Shown here piece after piece: positions 52,313 to 63,271 of a stretch of DNA of 64,000 nucleotides (positions within the stretch are counted from its first letter, which is position 1; every line of letters starts with the position of its first letter). Source of the stretch: Trypanosoma brucei (Eukaryota); the NCBI GenBank assembly GCA_000002445.1, contig CM000208.1:1760001-1824000 (forward strand), given 5' to 3'. The translations under genes and the position numbers were made by a program. Below the pieces are notes generated by a model, which was given only the letters and a program-made list of their open reading frames with translations, did not search any database and was not told where the DNA came from.

Positions 52313-55300
52313 TCACCTGCGACGCCTCTGCTTAGAGATTCTCCACGAGTTTCCGCTCTCCCATGCGCGCAGAATTGGATTAAGGCGTTCGGCACGTTGC
52401 TCTTTCGTTAATTTCCCCTTCCGCGGTTTGCTGTAAAACGCTGGGGCGAGTTCCACAAGCCAACGTGGCTCGATGGCCAGTATCTCACGCATGTACTCGC
52501 GGCTTGTTAATTGAACCTCGTTGTACAAGAGATATTTTGGTGGTGTGTCCCGTAAACAGGACGAAGGATGAACATAAACCTCGCGCCGCTCCGCAAGCGT
52601 GGCGTAGGCCACGTCCGTGATACGTCTTGCAGCATTGAAAAAGTACCCAGCGGTAATGGCCCGTCGCACCTCCGTAAGTGAGGAGTCGTTATGATGCTCA
52701 ATGTTTGTATGTCGCTTCCGCAACATTTCGCTAAGTTGGTCACGGGTATCGCGAGCCTCCATAAGCATGCGGTGTTTTAAGAAGTTCCGCTTACACCAGT
52801 TTTCGCTCAGACCGTTGGCCACCCATGCATCGTACACAGCAAGCAGTGTAATGTGGTCACCCTCCGGTTGGTGAAACTGCCGCTTTGCTGCATCTGCCGC
52901 CTCGTGTTGATCACGCGGCCGGTAAAATACGCCACGCTTTTGAGCTGCGAGCATAGAGACTATGGTGAGCACGGGCTCGCTGCAACCCAAGTCGACAGCC
53001 GTAAGAAGTGTCTTGCTGTGCGAGGGATCAATGGGCAAATGAGCCATACGACCTCCCAGCGGCGTCAGAAGCCCATCCTCATCCAATGCCTCGAGGTAGC
53101 GCAACTTTTGTAACGCCGTCACCAGCGTCTCTTGGGGAGGTGGATCCATGAGGTCCAGAGCGAAGAGGTCATTAATTCCCATTGCCTTCAATTGCAGAAC
53201 TACGTGGAACAAGTTCGAACGCTGAATATCAGGAACGGTGGCAGGGTCCATATCCTGGCGAAACTGAATCTCCGTGTACATACGAAAGCACTTGCCGGGC
53301 CCAATACGCCCTGCACGCCCGGCCCGTTGACGCGCTTGTGCTTGCGAGATGGGCATGATTTTGAGTTGCTCCATCCCTGTCTTCGGGTCGAACACATTTT
53401 GCTTACTATACCCGCTGTCCACCACGTAAGAAAGGTTACTAATTGTAATGGAAGTTTCTGCGACATTTGTGGCGAGCACGACCTTCCTGCAATGTGGCGG
53501 CGTCGGCTCGAAAACGCGTGACTGCACATCTTGTGGCAGTGTCGCAGTTAAGGGGAGGATGAGCATGTCCGGCACCGGGAGGTCACTGAGGCCCCGAAGC
53601 CGCTCCATCCAGCGGAAGAGACGGTCACCACCAAACTCAATCTCCTCTTGTCCTGTAAGAAATACAAGGACATCGCCTGGTGGCTCCTCAAGATGTAACT
53701 TCATCACAGTTTTTAGAGCACAGTCGAGGTAATCCTCCGTTGGCTCCGCAAGGAAATACGTGTCAACAGGAAAAGTGCGACCTTCGATAAAAAACACATC
53801 GTGGACGTTGAAGTACGAACAGAATTTCTCCCTCTCAAGTGTGGCAGAAGTGACAATAACTTTTAGTGTTGGCCGCTTGTGTGTTGCGTTGCGTACAATT
53901 GCAAAGAGCAAATCAGTGTTGACCGACCGCTCGTGTGCCTCATCGAGGATGATAACGCTATACCTCTGAAATGAGTCATCAAGAAGGGCTTCACGCAGCA
54001 ACATACCGTCTGTCATGTACTTTATGCACGTGAGGGAAGATGTGACATCGCGAAACCGGACAGTGTAACCGACTTCCTCACCGAGGCGGCAACCGTACTC
54101 CTCGGCCACACGGATTGCAAGTGTCTCCGCCGCCACTCGCCGGGGTTGGGTGCAACAAACAACACCGTTCTTACCGTAACCGTGCTCAACAAGATACTGA
54201 GGAATTTGTGTTGTTTTGCCACTGCCAGTTTCTCCCACCAACACAGTTACTGCATGTGCATCAACGTGCTGTAGGAACCGATCACGAAATGCATAAATGG
54301 GCAGCGAACGACGCTGCTCTGCAAGGCTCTCAGAGGTTTCCATCATACCGAAGCGGGGCTTCTCCCCGAAACTGTGTTTCATCCACGGTGGAAGCGCAGA
54401 ACGAGAACCACGGCCAAGTCCGCCCCTATGGAGGTGTTCTTCCGGGCGCTCTAATAATTCCCGATCGAGGAACGTATTGCCCTTGTAGTGGGTTCCATCC
54501 TCCTCGTTATTACCCTCCTCATCATCTCCCTCTTCCTTTCTGTCAGCAGCATCATTCGGTTCATAGAAACCGCGCGCCTGCTCTGCCAACCGCTGCTGCC
54601 GCCGCTCCTTCGCTTGAAGAATCTGCCGCTCCTTGTTACGTTGCTGCTGCGCCAAGGCAGCACGCTTCATGGTATTAGTTTCAATCTCTTCGGCGCAAGC
54701 TTGTTGCACGACGCGGCGTGCAATGATGGCTTCTCGCTGTGCCGGTGTGCTCGCCCTCATCAACTGCTCGGACGGCAACAACGCCCGGTAGTTGATGGGT
54801 TTGTGTCGCACCAACCCACGCAAGAACAGGGGTTCTTCTTCATTCAGCTCCACCTGCTCCACATCCTCATCATCCGTCTTAACCTGAAGTAATTCCGACT
54901 CATCCAGTAACCCGGTGCGTACCAACTGCGCCAACTGCATTTTCTCCTCCGCTCTCACCTTCATCGCCGCTCTGCGCTCCGCGGGGTCCACTGAAAGGTC
55001 CTGCAAAGTCCTTTGTCTACCGGCGGCGCTGTCGCCTCCCTCGTTTGCATCCCGTCGGGCCTCCTCTTCCTGCAGAATCTTTTGCCTGAGAGTTTCTTCA
55101 ATTTCCCGCCGTTCCTGCTCCACGATGGCGAGTGCCCCAGCTGCGAGACATTTCGACCAGTCGATGTCACCCAAAAGTGATCGCATTAGGCACGCAAGGT
55201 CCTGCAACTGCGAGAGCTGTATGGGTGGCTCATCATTCTCATCTCCATTGATAGCGCTATCAAGCGCGTCAACCAGCGACTTGTTTCTCTCCTCTGCTGA

Positions 55301-55540
55301 AACTTCCTTCAAGTCATCACTATCCCGTTTTTTTTCATTCGCCTCAGCGAAAAGAGAAACAAGCCCCTCCACGTCATCATAAAGTCCCTCTGCCTCCGCC
55401 GCACTCTCCGGCCTACCAAGCACGTGCTCTAGCCTGTGGTACAGCTCATTTTTGCTGTAAATGAGTTGCAATTTCCTCAGCACACATAACTCATCGCTCA
55501 TTACCTTTTCGCCGCACTTTTTTCCCGGCGCAACCCCCAC
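52313..55540 (-). CDS. DEAH-box ATP-dependent RNA helicase, spliceosomal PRP16/PRP22 (DHX38/DHX8) family
   Basis: Motif I VLVGETGSGKTTQIPQYL, Ia CTQPRRVAA, II IILDEAHERS, III TSATL, FLTGQEEIE, IV-V VLATNVAETSITI, VI QRAGRAGR. The helicase-associated HA2/OB C-terminal region is present. N-terminal acidic/coiled extension. Confidence 0.9.
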   Translation of the reverse strand: MGVAPGKKCGEKVMSDELCVLRKLQLIYSKNELYHRLEHVLGRPESAAEAEGLYDDVEGLVSLFAEANEKKRDSDDLKEVSAEERNKSLVDALDSAINGDENDEPPIQLSQLQDLACLMRSLLGDIDWSKCLAAGALAIVEQERREIEETLRQKILQEEEARRDANEGGDSAAGRQRTLQDLSVDPAERRAAMKVRAEEKMQLAQLVRTGLLDESELLQVKTDDEDVEQVELNEEEPLFLRGLVRHKPINYRALLPSEQLMRASTPAQREAIIARRVVQQACAEEIETNTMKRAALAQQQRNKERQILQAKERRQQRLAEQARGFYEPNDAADRKEEGDDEEGNNEEDGTHYKGNTFLDRELLERPEEHLHRGGLGRGSRSALPPWMKHSFGEKPRFGMMETSESLAEQRRSLPIYAFRDRFLQHVDAHAVTVLVGETGSGKTTQIPQYLVEHGYGKNGVVCCTQPRRVAAETLAIRVAEEYGCRLGEEVGYTVRFRDVTSSLTCIKYMTDGMLLREALLDDSFQRYSVIILDEAHERSVNTDLLFAIVRNATHKRPTLKVIVTSATLEREKFCSYFNVHDVFFIEGRTFPVDTYFLAEPTEDYLDCALKTVMKLHLEEPPGDVLVFLTGQEEIEFGGDRLFRWMERLRGLSDLPVPDMLILPLTATLPQDVQSRVFEPTPPHCRKVVLATNVAETSITISNLSYVVDSGYSKQNVFDPKTGMEQLKIMPISQAQARQRAGRAGRIGPGKCFRMYTEIQFRQDMDPATVPDIQRSNLFHVVLQLKAMGINDLFALDLMDPPPQETLVTALQKLRYLEALDEDGLLTPLGGRMAHLPIDPSHSKTLLTAVDLGCSEPVLTIVSMLAAQKRGVFYRPRDQHEAADAAKRQFHQPEGDHITLLAVYDAWVANGLSENWCKRNFLKHRMLMEARDTRDQLSEMLRKRHTNIEHHNDSSLTEVRRAITAGYFFNAARRITDVAYATLAERREVYVHPSSCLRDTPPKYLLYNEVQLTSREYMREILAIEPRWLVELAPAFYSKPRKGKLTKEQRAERLNPILRAWESGNSWRISKQRRRR

Positions 55541-57008
55541 TACAGGCGAAGCAGCAGCAGCACTGAGGAAGGCAGAGCCACTGGGCAGTTAATGGAGGAA
55601 ATGGGGAGAAAAGAAAAGAAGAACGCAAGGGGTGTTACAGTTACAGTGATCACGTAATAGAAAAATATGTCATGTATGGAGAGGCACACACACATATATT
55701 ATTTATGTAAGGTATGAACCAAAAATACTCGTAGGGAAGTAAAAGCATGGCCTCCCAATGAAGAGGGACACTGCGTAAAGGGAAATTGGAAATCCCAGGC
55801 TTAACAGAGGGCGGTTGAATTTAAGATAGAGCCAAAAGAAGAGACAATGGGGAAAAAAAAAACAGCGGTACGAACAAGAAACTTTCAAAAAAATAAAATG
55901 AAGTTAACGATCAGGTGTGAAGGGAAGTGGGTCACGTCCGGAAAGAAACACACGCAATAAACCAGCGATGAGGTAAAAAAAGGGGGGAAAAGATGAGAAG
56001 GGAGTCTATCATCGCTTAACGTTGTCAAAACACCTTGAAGAGAAGGAAATTATAAATAACCGCAAACGCACGCAACAACTCTAGTCACTTCGTCCCATCG
56101 CAGTACAATGTAGGCGCAATGGAGTGAGTTGCTACCTTTATTAGCACTAAATGAAGAAGTGGCAGGAAAAAAAAAACATTATCCATCCTTTTCTTCTTTT
56201 CCGTTGTTGATCAATTGTATCCACACAACCACACACACGCACACTGTTTAACAAGTCCCCCTTTTTTTTTTGCATCTGCACAAGTTCTAACGCTTGTGAA
56301 ATCAAACCGAGCGTCCAAGCCACTAAAGTGTAAAACAAAAAAAAACATAAATTACCGCTCCTCCACCGACAAACCTATGTAGAGAAAAACATACACGTAG
56401 TACTGAATTAAAAGTCTCGAAATCAAAATAAGTAAACAAATAAACAAACATATATTTACTTGCACTTCTTTATATATTGAAAGACAGGAAACTTTACGCA
56501 CACGACGCTCACTATGCATTTAATTCAAACTGATGGAGCTACTTCCCCTCGGTTTCTTTTCTCCCGCTCAATTCCCTCCACAGCAAGCGTGGGTACTGCC
56601 ACCGCTGCTGTCATAATCCCTTTTCACTCAGATGATGTACTGTGCACACGAGTGCTGGTATAAGACATATATATATTAAAACATGAAAAAAAAATAACAA
56701 CACTGGAAAAGTTGAAGGATGAGTAAAAAAGAAAAGAAAAAAGAAAAAGAAAAATTAAATAGGGAGTGGTACTGGAATAGTGAAATGGGATTACAGAGAA
56801 GAGTACAAAAAAAAACGAAAAGGAGGAAAGAAGATATCCTCTTACCCCTGGGTGCCCCTTTCTACGTTACCTACGCCCCCAGTCACATTCACGCACGGGT
56901 AAACCACATCTGAAATTCCTCGCAGCGAACATTTCTGGGCATGTATTTTTCATTCATACAAAACATTACTCGACAAATCACACTCTTGTCAACACAAAAC
57001 TCTACTCA

Positions 57009-60000
57009 TCATCGTCTTCTATCCGGCGACTCCTGAGGAGAAAAAAGGAATCTCGTCATCATCTCCCGATTACGTCGTAGCGCCATGGGCCCCGACGGCA
57101 CGTCATCAAATCCCTTCGACGGGCTGCCTCCCTCATGAGCATCGAGGTGTTTCATGAGTGTTCGCCGCCCTGACAACTTCCGCTTTACCTTCTCAAATTT
57201 CACAAGACCGTAAGGACTGCGACCCTTATCCATCAGGTTACCAATTTCAATAAATTTAGGAACATCGACAGTCCAAAACATACCAAAGACAGTGTGCTCC
57301 GCCTCCCACAGCAATACAGACTTGGTATCGGGGTTGTACGCCTTTATCAGTGCTGCACTGCGGCCAAAACCCACCACGTCATGCGCTATGGCAGTGTCGT
57401 AGTTCAGGAGGAGAACTGTGTTATTATTCTCCCGACGTGTGGCATCTCTAAGAATCGAATCGATATTCCCTTCCGTCACATCCTCCATGACCTCCACATG
57501 CACAAGCCACTCTTCATCATTGTGTTCATCGATTTGACTGTCACTTGACCCCCTTGTAGAATTGCGAGATTCCAGAAACATGCGGCAAATCTGGGCGAGA
57601 AATACTGTATCGATTTGCTTGTTAATCACTGAAAGAGATACATCCACGTCACGCCACGCAAATGCCTGAGTCCCCCGGCGACGTTGACGGTTCATTGTCT
57701 GAAGGTACGCCTCGTAAAATATCTCCTCTGGTGAGTAGAAGAATCCAAGCTGGGTGAAGGCGCACGAAAGTGCCTGGAAATGCGGCGATGGGCTAACATG
57801 GAAAATGTTCCGTAGAGGCAGCATACGCAACGGTGTTTCTCGAGAATACTCAAGTGGAAACGATGGTGCCGGAAGAGTCGTGCAGTGTGACACTTTAAGG
57901 AAGCCACAACGGCGGTGAACGGTGTCCGCATCATGCATGGCCCTGAAGAGAGTGTGGAGGCACACGGACCATGTGCGGAAGTATCGGTTGGGATTCGTAT
58001 CCATCACCGTCACGCCGCCGGTTGCCTTATTGTAACCAACAACTAGGCCTGTGGAACCAAATGGACGGGAGTCACCGAACACCTCAATTTCATTTGTGTT
58101 GAACAACATGACGAGGGCCTTGCCACGGTCCGCCAAGCATTCCTCCATGATTTGTTCAAACTCCTCGACGGTTACACGTGCTTTGTTGCCGTTTCGCCTG
58201 TCAGTATGATAGGCCTTTACGCTTACATTAAGACCGACATGCTCCACGTACGTCGTGAGGCAAACAGCCATTGATTCAAGCGTGAAGTAGCGCAGCATCA
58301 ACGACGATATTTCGAAGGGTAGGGCAACAATAACGTCTTCAAATGTCGTAGGACAGCCCAACTCCGTTAAAGTTAGCGCAATCATCGTTGGGCTCAATGG
58401 CAATGATGGAAAACACAATGTTCTCATCACCTCCCTTCTCGTCACACCGAGTGCATCTTGGTCCCTTAGTAGAGCGAGGTATCTTTGCACAGTTGGATCC
58501 ACGCGCCTCAAGGCCCCAACCCGCGGAGCCTGCGATTCATGTCCCAAAGGCAGCGAGTCACACCATGTCTCATCATGACTTAATCCCACATGTGTGCTGG
58601 CTGCGGTGCGCTTGGAGAATATAAGGTATCCGTTTGAGGTCATAGCCCGATGCAGGCGTTCAAGTGAACAAGTCCAGAGCTTCATGAACTTCTTCGGGTG
58701 CGCATCAATAAGCGACACCACCTGTGACTCCTCATCATAACCGGAGAGCACGCACCACTGGGGAGTATTGCTGACGTACAGGACATTGTGCGCAACGTTA
58801 GCATTATACATAATCACCATGACGTGCTCCGGGGCGTCAGGATCCTTGTTTGCATTCTTTACGTCGGTGAGAATTGACTCCAGCTCGAACACAGAGATGG
58901 TTGGCACCGCGTCTTCTCGAGAGGTGTTTGTGAGAATAGGGTAAATGGAGACATCGTAATTACGCTCCGTAAGGCGGATGTACTCTCGCGCGTATTTGAA
59001 TACCTCTCCCAACGGCAGCGTGCTGTCGATGAGCACCTCTGCTGGAAACTTCATGGTGCGGACAATATCCGAAACTGGTAGCCCATTACCGTGGCCGTGC
59101 GCACTTGCTCTGTCACCTCCGAGAAGGTGCATCGCCCACGCAACTGCGATGATGTGAGGGCTGGTGTGGCCTGAGATGGCAGAGGCATGGGTTCCCATAG
59201 ATGTCGTGCCAAGTACATTTCCTCCCGCCAGTTCAGGCGAGAACATGGATTGAACTTCGTCGTGGGACATCACCGGCACGCTATCCTTGCGAAAGATACG
59301 CATGAAACCACGCGCTCGTTCATTCTCCAACGGTACTGTCATCGCCTTGAAAAGGGCTGCGGCAGGAACTTCAAACAACCTTACGTGCAACTGATCATCA
59401 ACGATACCTTCTGCGAGGGTAACCATCAGCTCCACTACACACCGCACCTCCACAATAACAGCGTACACTCCATTGTTATTTTTAGAATATTGCCTCTCCT
59501 GATCCCTTAATCCAACACGGATAGAGTCTGCGAGGGCGGAGACGTCGTCATCTCCATCCACAAAGTTGTCAACGAATGTTTCCTGCTGGAGAACGTATGG
59601 ATCATAATTTACAATGCGTACTGCTTGAATCTGCTCTTCACTGTCGTTGGCTATGGCTTTTGTGAACTCGTGCAACTGCATGCACGTCTGCCGATCGCCC
59701 ACCTCGTTGCGACCAAGTTCCACCTGCCCAACGACGGGCGAGATGTCAAAATGGACAACAGAAAGGCCATACTCGTTCTTGAAGCGATTGTCAACATCAA
59801 TAAACTCACGGAGAATGTCGCTCATGACCTGTAGTGTCTGGACACCGCTGTGGAGGTAGTGGAGGGGTAAGTGGACAGCAAAAAATATATCTTCCATGGT
59901 AACGCACTTTTTGCGATCCCTGCAGCCGCGCGCACCTCCGAGAAGGTAGGAAAGAGCAACTGCAGCAGCACCAAAGTGGCCGCATTCCATAATAGCCTTA

Positions 60001-60476
60001 TGCTCGTAATCCCGCTGCACCTCGTAACTCTTGAAGAATGCCATACGGGCTTTGCGAATTTCTACCACCTGTTGGCGGCTTCTGTGTTGACCTACAAGGG
60101 ATCCAGTCCTCGATTGCTCCGCATTGTTAATGTTACTCGTGTTGCCTGATTGGTTCGTTCCCCACGACCGCCCGTTGTTTTCGTTGGGCGTTTGGTTCTG
60201 TCGCCGTGGGGGCTGGTGCTCGGTACACGACGACTCAGAGCCCCCAGCTGTCGTGCTGAATGAAACCTGCGAGGACCGACACGCTCCGCGCATTGAACCC
60301 TCCAATACCTCTTCATTTCCACTGCGCGCGTCTTCTGCACCGCCGTAGTAAACCCGATCCCTTTCCATTGCACGGCGGCCTGAATTTGACACCTTCTCAA
60401 GTGCTGCCAGAGCGGCTTCCCACTTCCTGAGGTGCTCCTCAGTGGAGGCACGGGCATTAATTTGGCCGTTCCCCAT
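57009..60476 (-). CDS. Large protein with four tandem phytochelatin-synthase-like (papain-fold Cys-His-Asp) domains
   Basis: Repeat 3 aligns to plant PCS: VGYNKATGGVTVMDTNPNRYFRTWSVCLHTLFRAMHDADTVHRRCGFLKVS against [51 protein letters not shown]. Repeat 1 carries a catalytic-Cys-like ECGHFGAAAVALSYLLGG (PCS EPAYCGLASLSVVLNAL). Repeats 2 and 4 carry AHNV/AHDV (His) and LIDAHPKKFMKLW. Confidence 0.6.
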   Translation of the reverse strand: MGNGQINARASTEEHLRKWEAALAALEKVSNSGRRAMERDRVYYGGAEDARSGNEEVLEGSMRGACRSSQVSFSTTAGGSESSCTEHQPPRRQNQTPNENNGRSWGTNQSGNTSNINNAEQSRTGSLVGQHRSRQQVVEIRKARMAFFKSYEVQRDYEHKAIMECGHFGAAAVALSYLLGGARGCRDRKKCVTMEDIFFAVHLPLHYLHSGVQTLQVMSDILREFIDVDNRFKNEYGLSVVHFDISPVVGQVELGRNEVGDRQTCMQLHEFTKAIANDSEEQIQAVRIVNYDPYVLQQETFVDNFVDGDDDVSALADSIRVGLRDQERQYSKNNNGVYAVIVEVRCVVELMVTLAEGIVDDQLHVRLFEVPAAALFKAMTVPLENERARGFMRIFRKDSVPVMSHDEVQSMFSPELAGGNVLGTTSMGTHASAISGHTSPHIIAVAWAMHLLGGDRASAHGHGNGLPVSDIVRTMKFPAEVLIDSTLPLGEVFKYAREYIRLTERNYDVSIYPILTNTSREDAVPTISVFELESILTDVKNANKDPDAPEHVMVIMYNANVAHNVLYVSNTPQWCVLSGYDEESQVVSLIDAHPKKFMKLWTCSLERLHRAMTSNGYLIFSKRTAASTHVGLSHDETWCDSLPLGHESQAPRVGALRRVDPTVQRYLALLRDQDALGVTRREVMRTLCFPSLPLSPTMIALTLTELGCPTTFEDVIVALPFEISSLMLRYFTLESMAVCLTTYVEHVGLNVSVKAYHTDRRNGNKARVTVEEFEQIMEECLADRGKALVMLFNTNEIEVFGDSRPFGSTGLVVGYNKATGGVTVMDTNPNRYFRTWSVCLHTLFRAMHDADTVHRRCGFLKVSHCTTLPAPSFPLEYSRETPLRMLPLRNIFHVSPSPHFQALSCAFTQLGFFYSPEEIFYEAYLQTMNRQRRRGTQAFAWRDVDVSLSVINKQIDTVFLAQICRMFLESRNSTRGSSDSQIDEHNDEEWLVHVEVMEDVTEGNIDSILRDATRRENNNTVLLLNYDTAIAHDVVGFGRSAALIKAYNPDTKSVLLWEAEHTVFGMFWTVDVPKFIEIGNLMDKGRSPYGLVKFEKVKRKLSGRRTLMKHLDAHEGGSPSKGFDDVPSGPMALRRNREMMTRFLFSPQESPDRRR

Positions 60477-62983
60477 CTGTCAGATTTCACCCTAAACCGT
60501 CACTATTCTACACCCCGTTTCCGGAAACTCGCTTGATCACTACCTTTAGCCCGTAGTGGTAGAGACACTGCTTCAATAATAAGTTTCGAAGCCACACCCT
60601 TTCCTTCTTACTTGAATACAGCGTACAAGAGTACATATAAATGGAGGTAGACAAATATAGGCATGGTGACATACAAATCAAAAAACTGACCTGTACGAAG
60701 CGACGTACAGGAGTAAAGGTGGTGACGGTGAGGGGAAACAACGAAGAGGAGGAAAAACATCGAAAAAAAAAAATTCTGCCCAACGGTTGAAGCAAACAAA
60801 TCTCTTAACGTGCACTGCTCCTCTTGTTATAGGCAAAATTGCAGAAATTTTGCTCATGTGTGGCGGGGTTCCGCGCACAGCGCTGCTGAATAACAAGATT
60901 TGACGCCGGCGGCATAAATATCACAAGCAAAGCCAAATAGAACCCGTGGGTGTTTTCACGGTCCCCAGAGGGATTTATATCTTTTATTTTTTTTTTTTAG
61001 TCTCCGTTATTGCTAATACTCATCCTTCCCTTTTCTCATTTTTCAACCTAAAAAATTAGAAAAGGAAGCGGGACATCTACGTATTTATTTATTTTTTTTT
61101 ACAAGTTAAAGAAAAACGAGGAGAACCAAAAGGAGGAGAAAAACAAGAAACAACGACAACGACAACAACAATCGGAGACGTGGCCGTTGTCCACTTCCCA
61201 TTGTGGGTTACACTAATCGGGGAATAACAACCAAGATTTAGCGAAAGAAGAAAAATGTGTGTTTTTCCATCAGCAAACAAAAACAGAAATCAGCTAACAG
61301 GAGGAGGCCGCGTATAGCGTTCTCCCCTCACTCCTTTCCCTCTCGTTTATTTTGCATTTTCATTTCTTTTCACTTTCTAAACAAGGGAGGAACAGCGCCG
61401 AGAAGGTGGAGAGACCACAACAAGCAAAAAAAAAAAAAAAGACGAATGTGGACCTTTGAAGAATGGAACTAAACCCGTTACCAATTGTTTTTTTTTCCTC
61501 TTCCTCTCTCCTCTTTGTCTTCCGCATAGCTTGAATTATTATTATTATTGTTATATATATATATATATATATATAGCCCCCTATATTCTTTTCTCTCCAC
61601 TTCTTCTTCCTTTTGCTTTTCTTTCGGTAATGTTGTGTCACGTGGCCCAAAGGGAGCGTATGGAAGGGAAGGGAGAAGCCTAAATCAAAATGTCAAGTGG
61701 TTGAGCGTAGAGCAAAAGTTGTCACATGACATCATGACGAAACAACGAAGGAAACAATAACGTTACTAGTGACAAAAGTGGGTGCGCCAAAAGAAGACAA
61801 GGAGGAGGAGGAGGAGGAGGAGGAAGAACCCAAAGAAGGTAGACAAGTATAATAAAAAAAAAAGCGAGAGAAAAAAAAAAGAGAAGAGAAAAGAAAAGAA
61901 AAAAGAAGAGAGGCGCATGGCATATAAAATACCTGCAGTATCCCGCCCCCGCCCCACACACACACACACACCACGTGTTTTTAAAGCATTCCCTTCATTA
62001 CAACTACTGTTTATACCTCCTTTTTATTTACCCACACCCTTCACCACAAACAATTGCGCGCCCCTCGCCTTTTTTACTCACAGCTCCCGTCCAACATCAA
62101 GCGCCCATCCCACAAATAAAGAGAGAGAGAGGGAGAGAGAAAAAGGGGGAAAGAAAAAGGGTAGAAAACACACACAAACATTAGCATATAAATGCATCAT
62201 TATAAACGCCTCCATCATCGCCTGGAAACTTCAGCATTCACAGGCTTCCATGAACAAATCGGCAACACCCGAACAGCACACATGAACGTCCAGTTTCTCT
62301 TTTTTTAGCATCTCTCCTCCCTCACCCCTTTTTTTTTCTTCTACGCATCCACTTGCATATAAAAATATAAATATACACGAGTTTTATACCTTGCAGCTTC
62401 CCAGCTCCCTCTTTTTTTTTTTATTTGTTCTTTAGATCATCTTCGGTGTGTGGGGGGGGGGGGCTTTTCTTTTGGCTGTAGTGGCGCCGTTGCCCCGCTA
62501 ATCCGCACACCTTCAGGTTGTTTGTAGCTCATTTATTTACTTTATTTTTACATTTCGTTCTTAGCGTTTGTTTTTTTTTCTGTATATAAAACCGAGAAGA
62601 AAAGAGCCAACTAGACCAAAACGAAGCAAAAAAAAGGAGGAGGAATGTGAACTCCGTTTGTTTTCTTTCGGTTTGTTTCTTCTAATTGTTTTATTTTCTC
62701 TTGAATTCGCATCAAGTTAGAAATACAGGTTAATTACAAAAAAAAAAACCGGAACAAACCAAACGGAGAGGGGGAAAAGGCCACTAGAAGTGAGCTTCAT
62801 GGGGGAGAGAAAGAAGAGGAGAGGCCAACAAAAAACGAAGCGAAAAAAAAAATGTTGATGAGAACCCCTAACCGTACTTTTGTTGTTATTATTATTATTA
62901 TTTTTTTCCCACCCCTTCCAGTCTTCCCCCCTGTCCCTTTCCTCTTCCTCCTCCAAAAAGTAATCAAACCATCACTGTGGTTC

Positions 62984-63271
62984 TCATCGCTTTTTGCATT
63001 TCCCATCATTGGGATCCACTAAACCCAACATAACATTTGATAAAATGGAAGCTCCCGAGTTGCTGCTTTTGGAATCATTGCGGTTACGGCGTCCCGGCAT
63101 GCATTGGCGTTGAAGTTCGTTGATTTCCTTCTCAATGGGCTCAGTGATGGCGGCAATATCTTCCAATTCCTTCTGTAACCTTTCCACCTCTTTTGTCGCT
63201 TGTGCAATTTCATCCCCATTGCGTTTTTTGAGGGTCTCCAACTGTTGGCGGAGCTCCGCCACAGTCGACAT
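62984..63271 (-). CDS. Small coiled-coil protein (95 aa)
   Basis: MSTVAELRQQLETLKKRNGDEIAQATKEVERLQKELEDIAAITEPIEKEINELQRQ has a heptad-like pattern. The upstream part of ORF 62984-63451 is a translated pyrimidine tract and was trimmed. Confidence 0.4.
   Translation of the reverse strand: MSTVAELRQQLETLKKRNGDEIAQATKEVERLQKELEDIAAITEPIEKEINELQRQCMPGRRNRNDSKSSNSGASILSNVMLGLVDPNDGKCKKR

Noticed and set aside
61536-61580. (TA)n/(AT)n and poly-purine/poly-pyrimidine tracts in the 60.5-63 kb interval as a possible additional gene
   Set aside because: Only short ORFs made of low-complexity translations (poly-K/E/F) occur here. This is consistent with a long UTR/intergenic tract rather than coding sequence.
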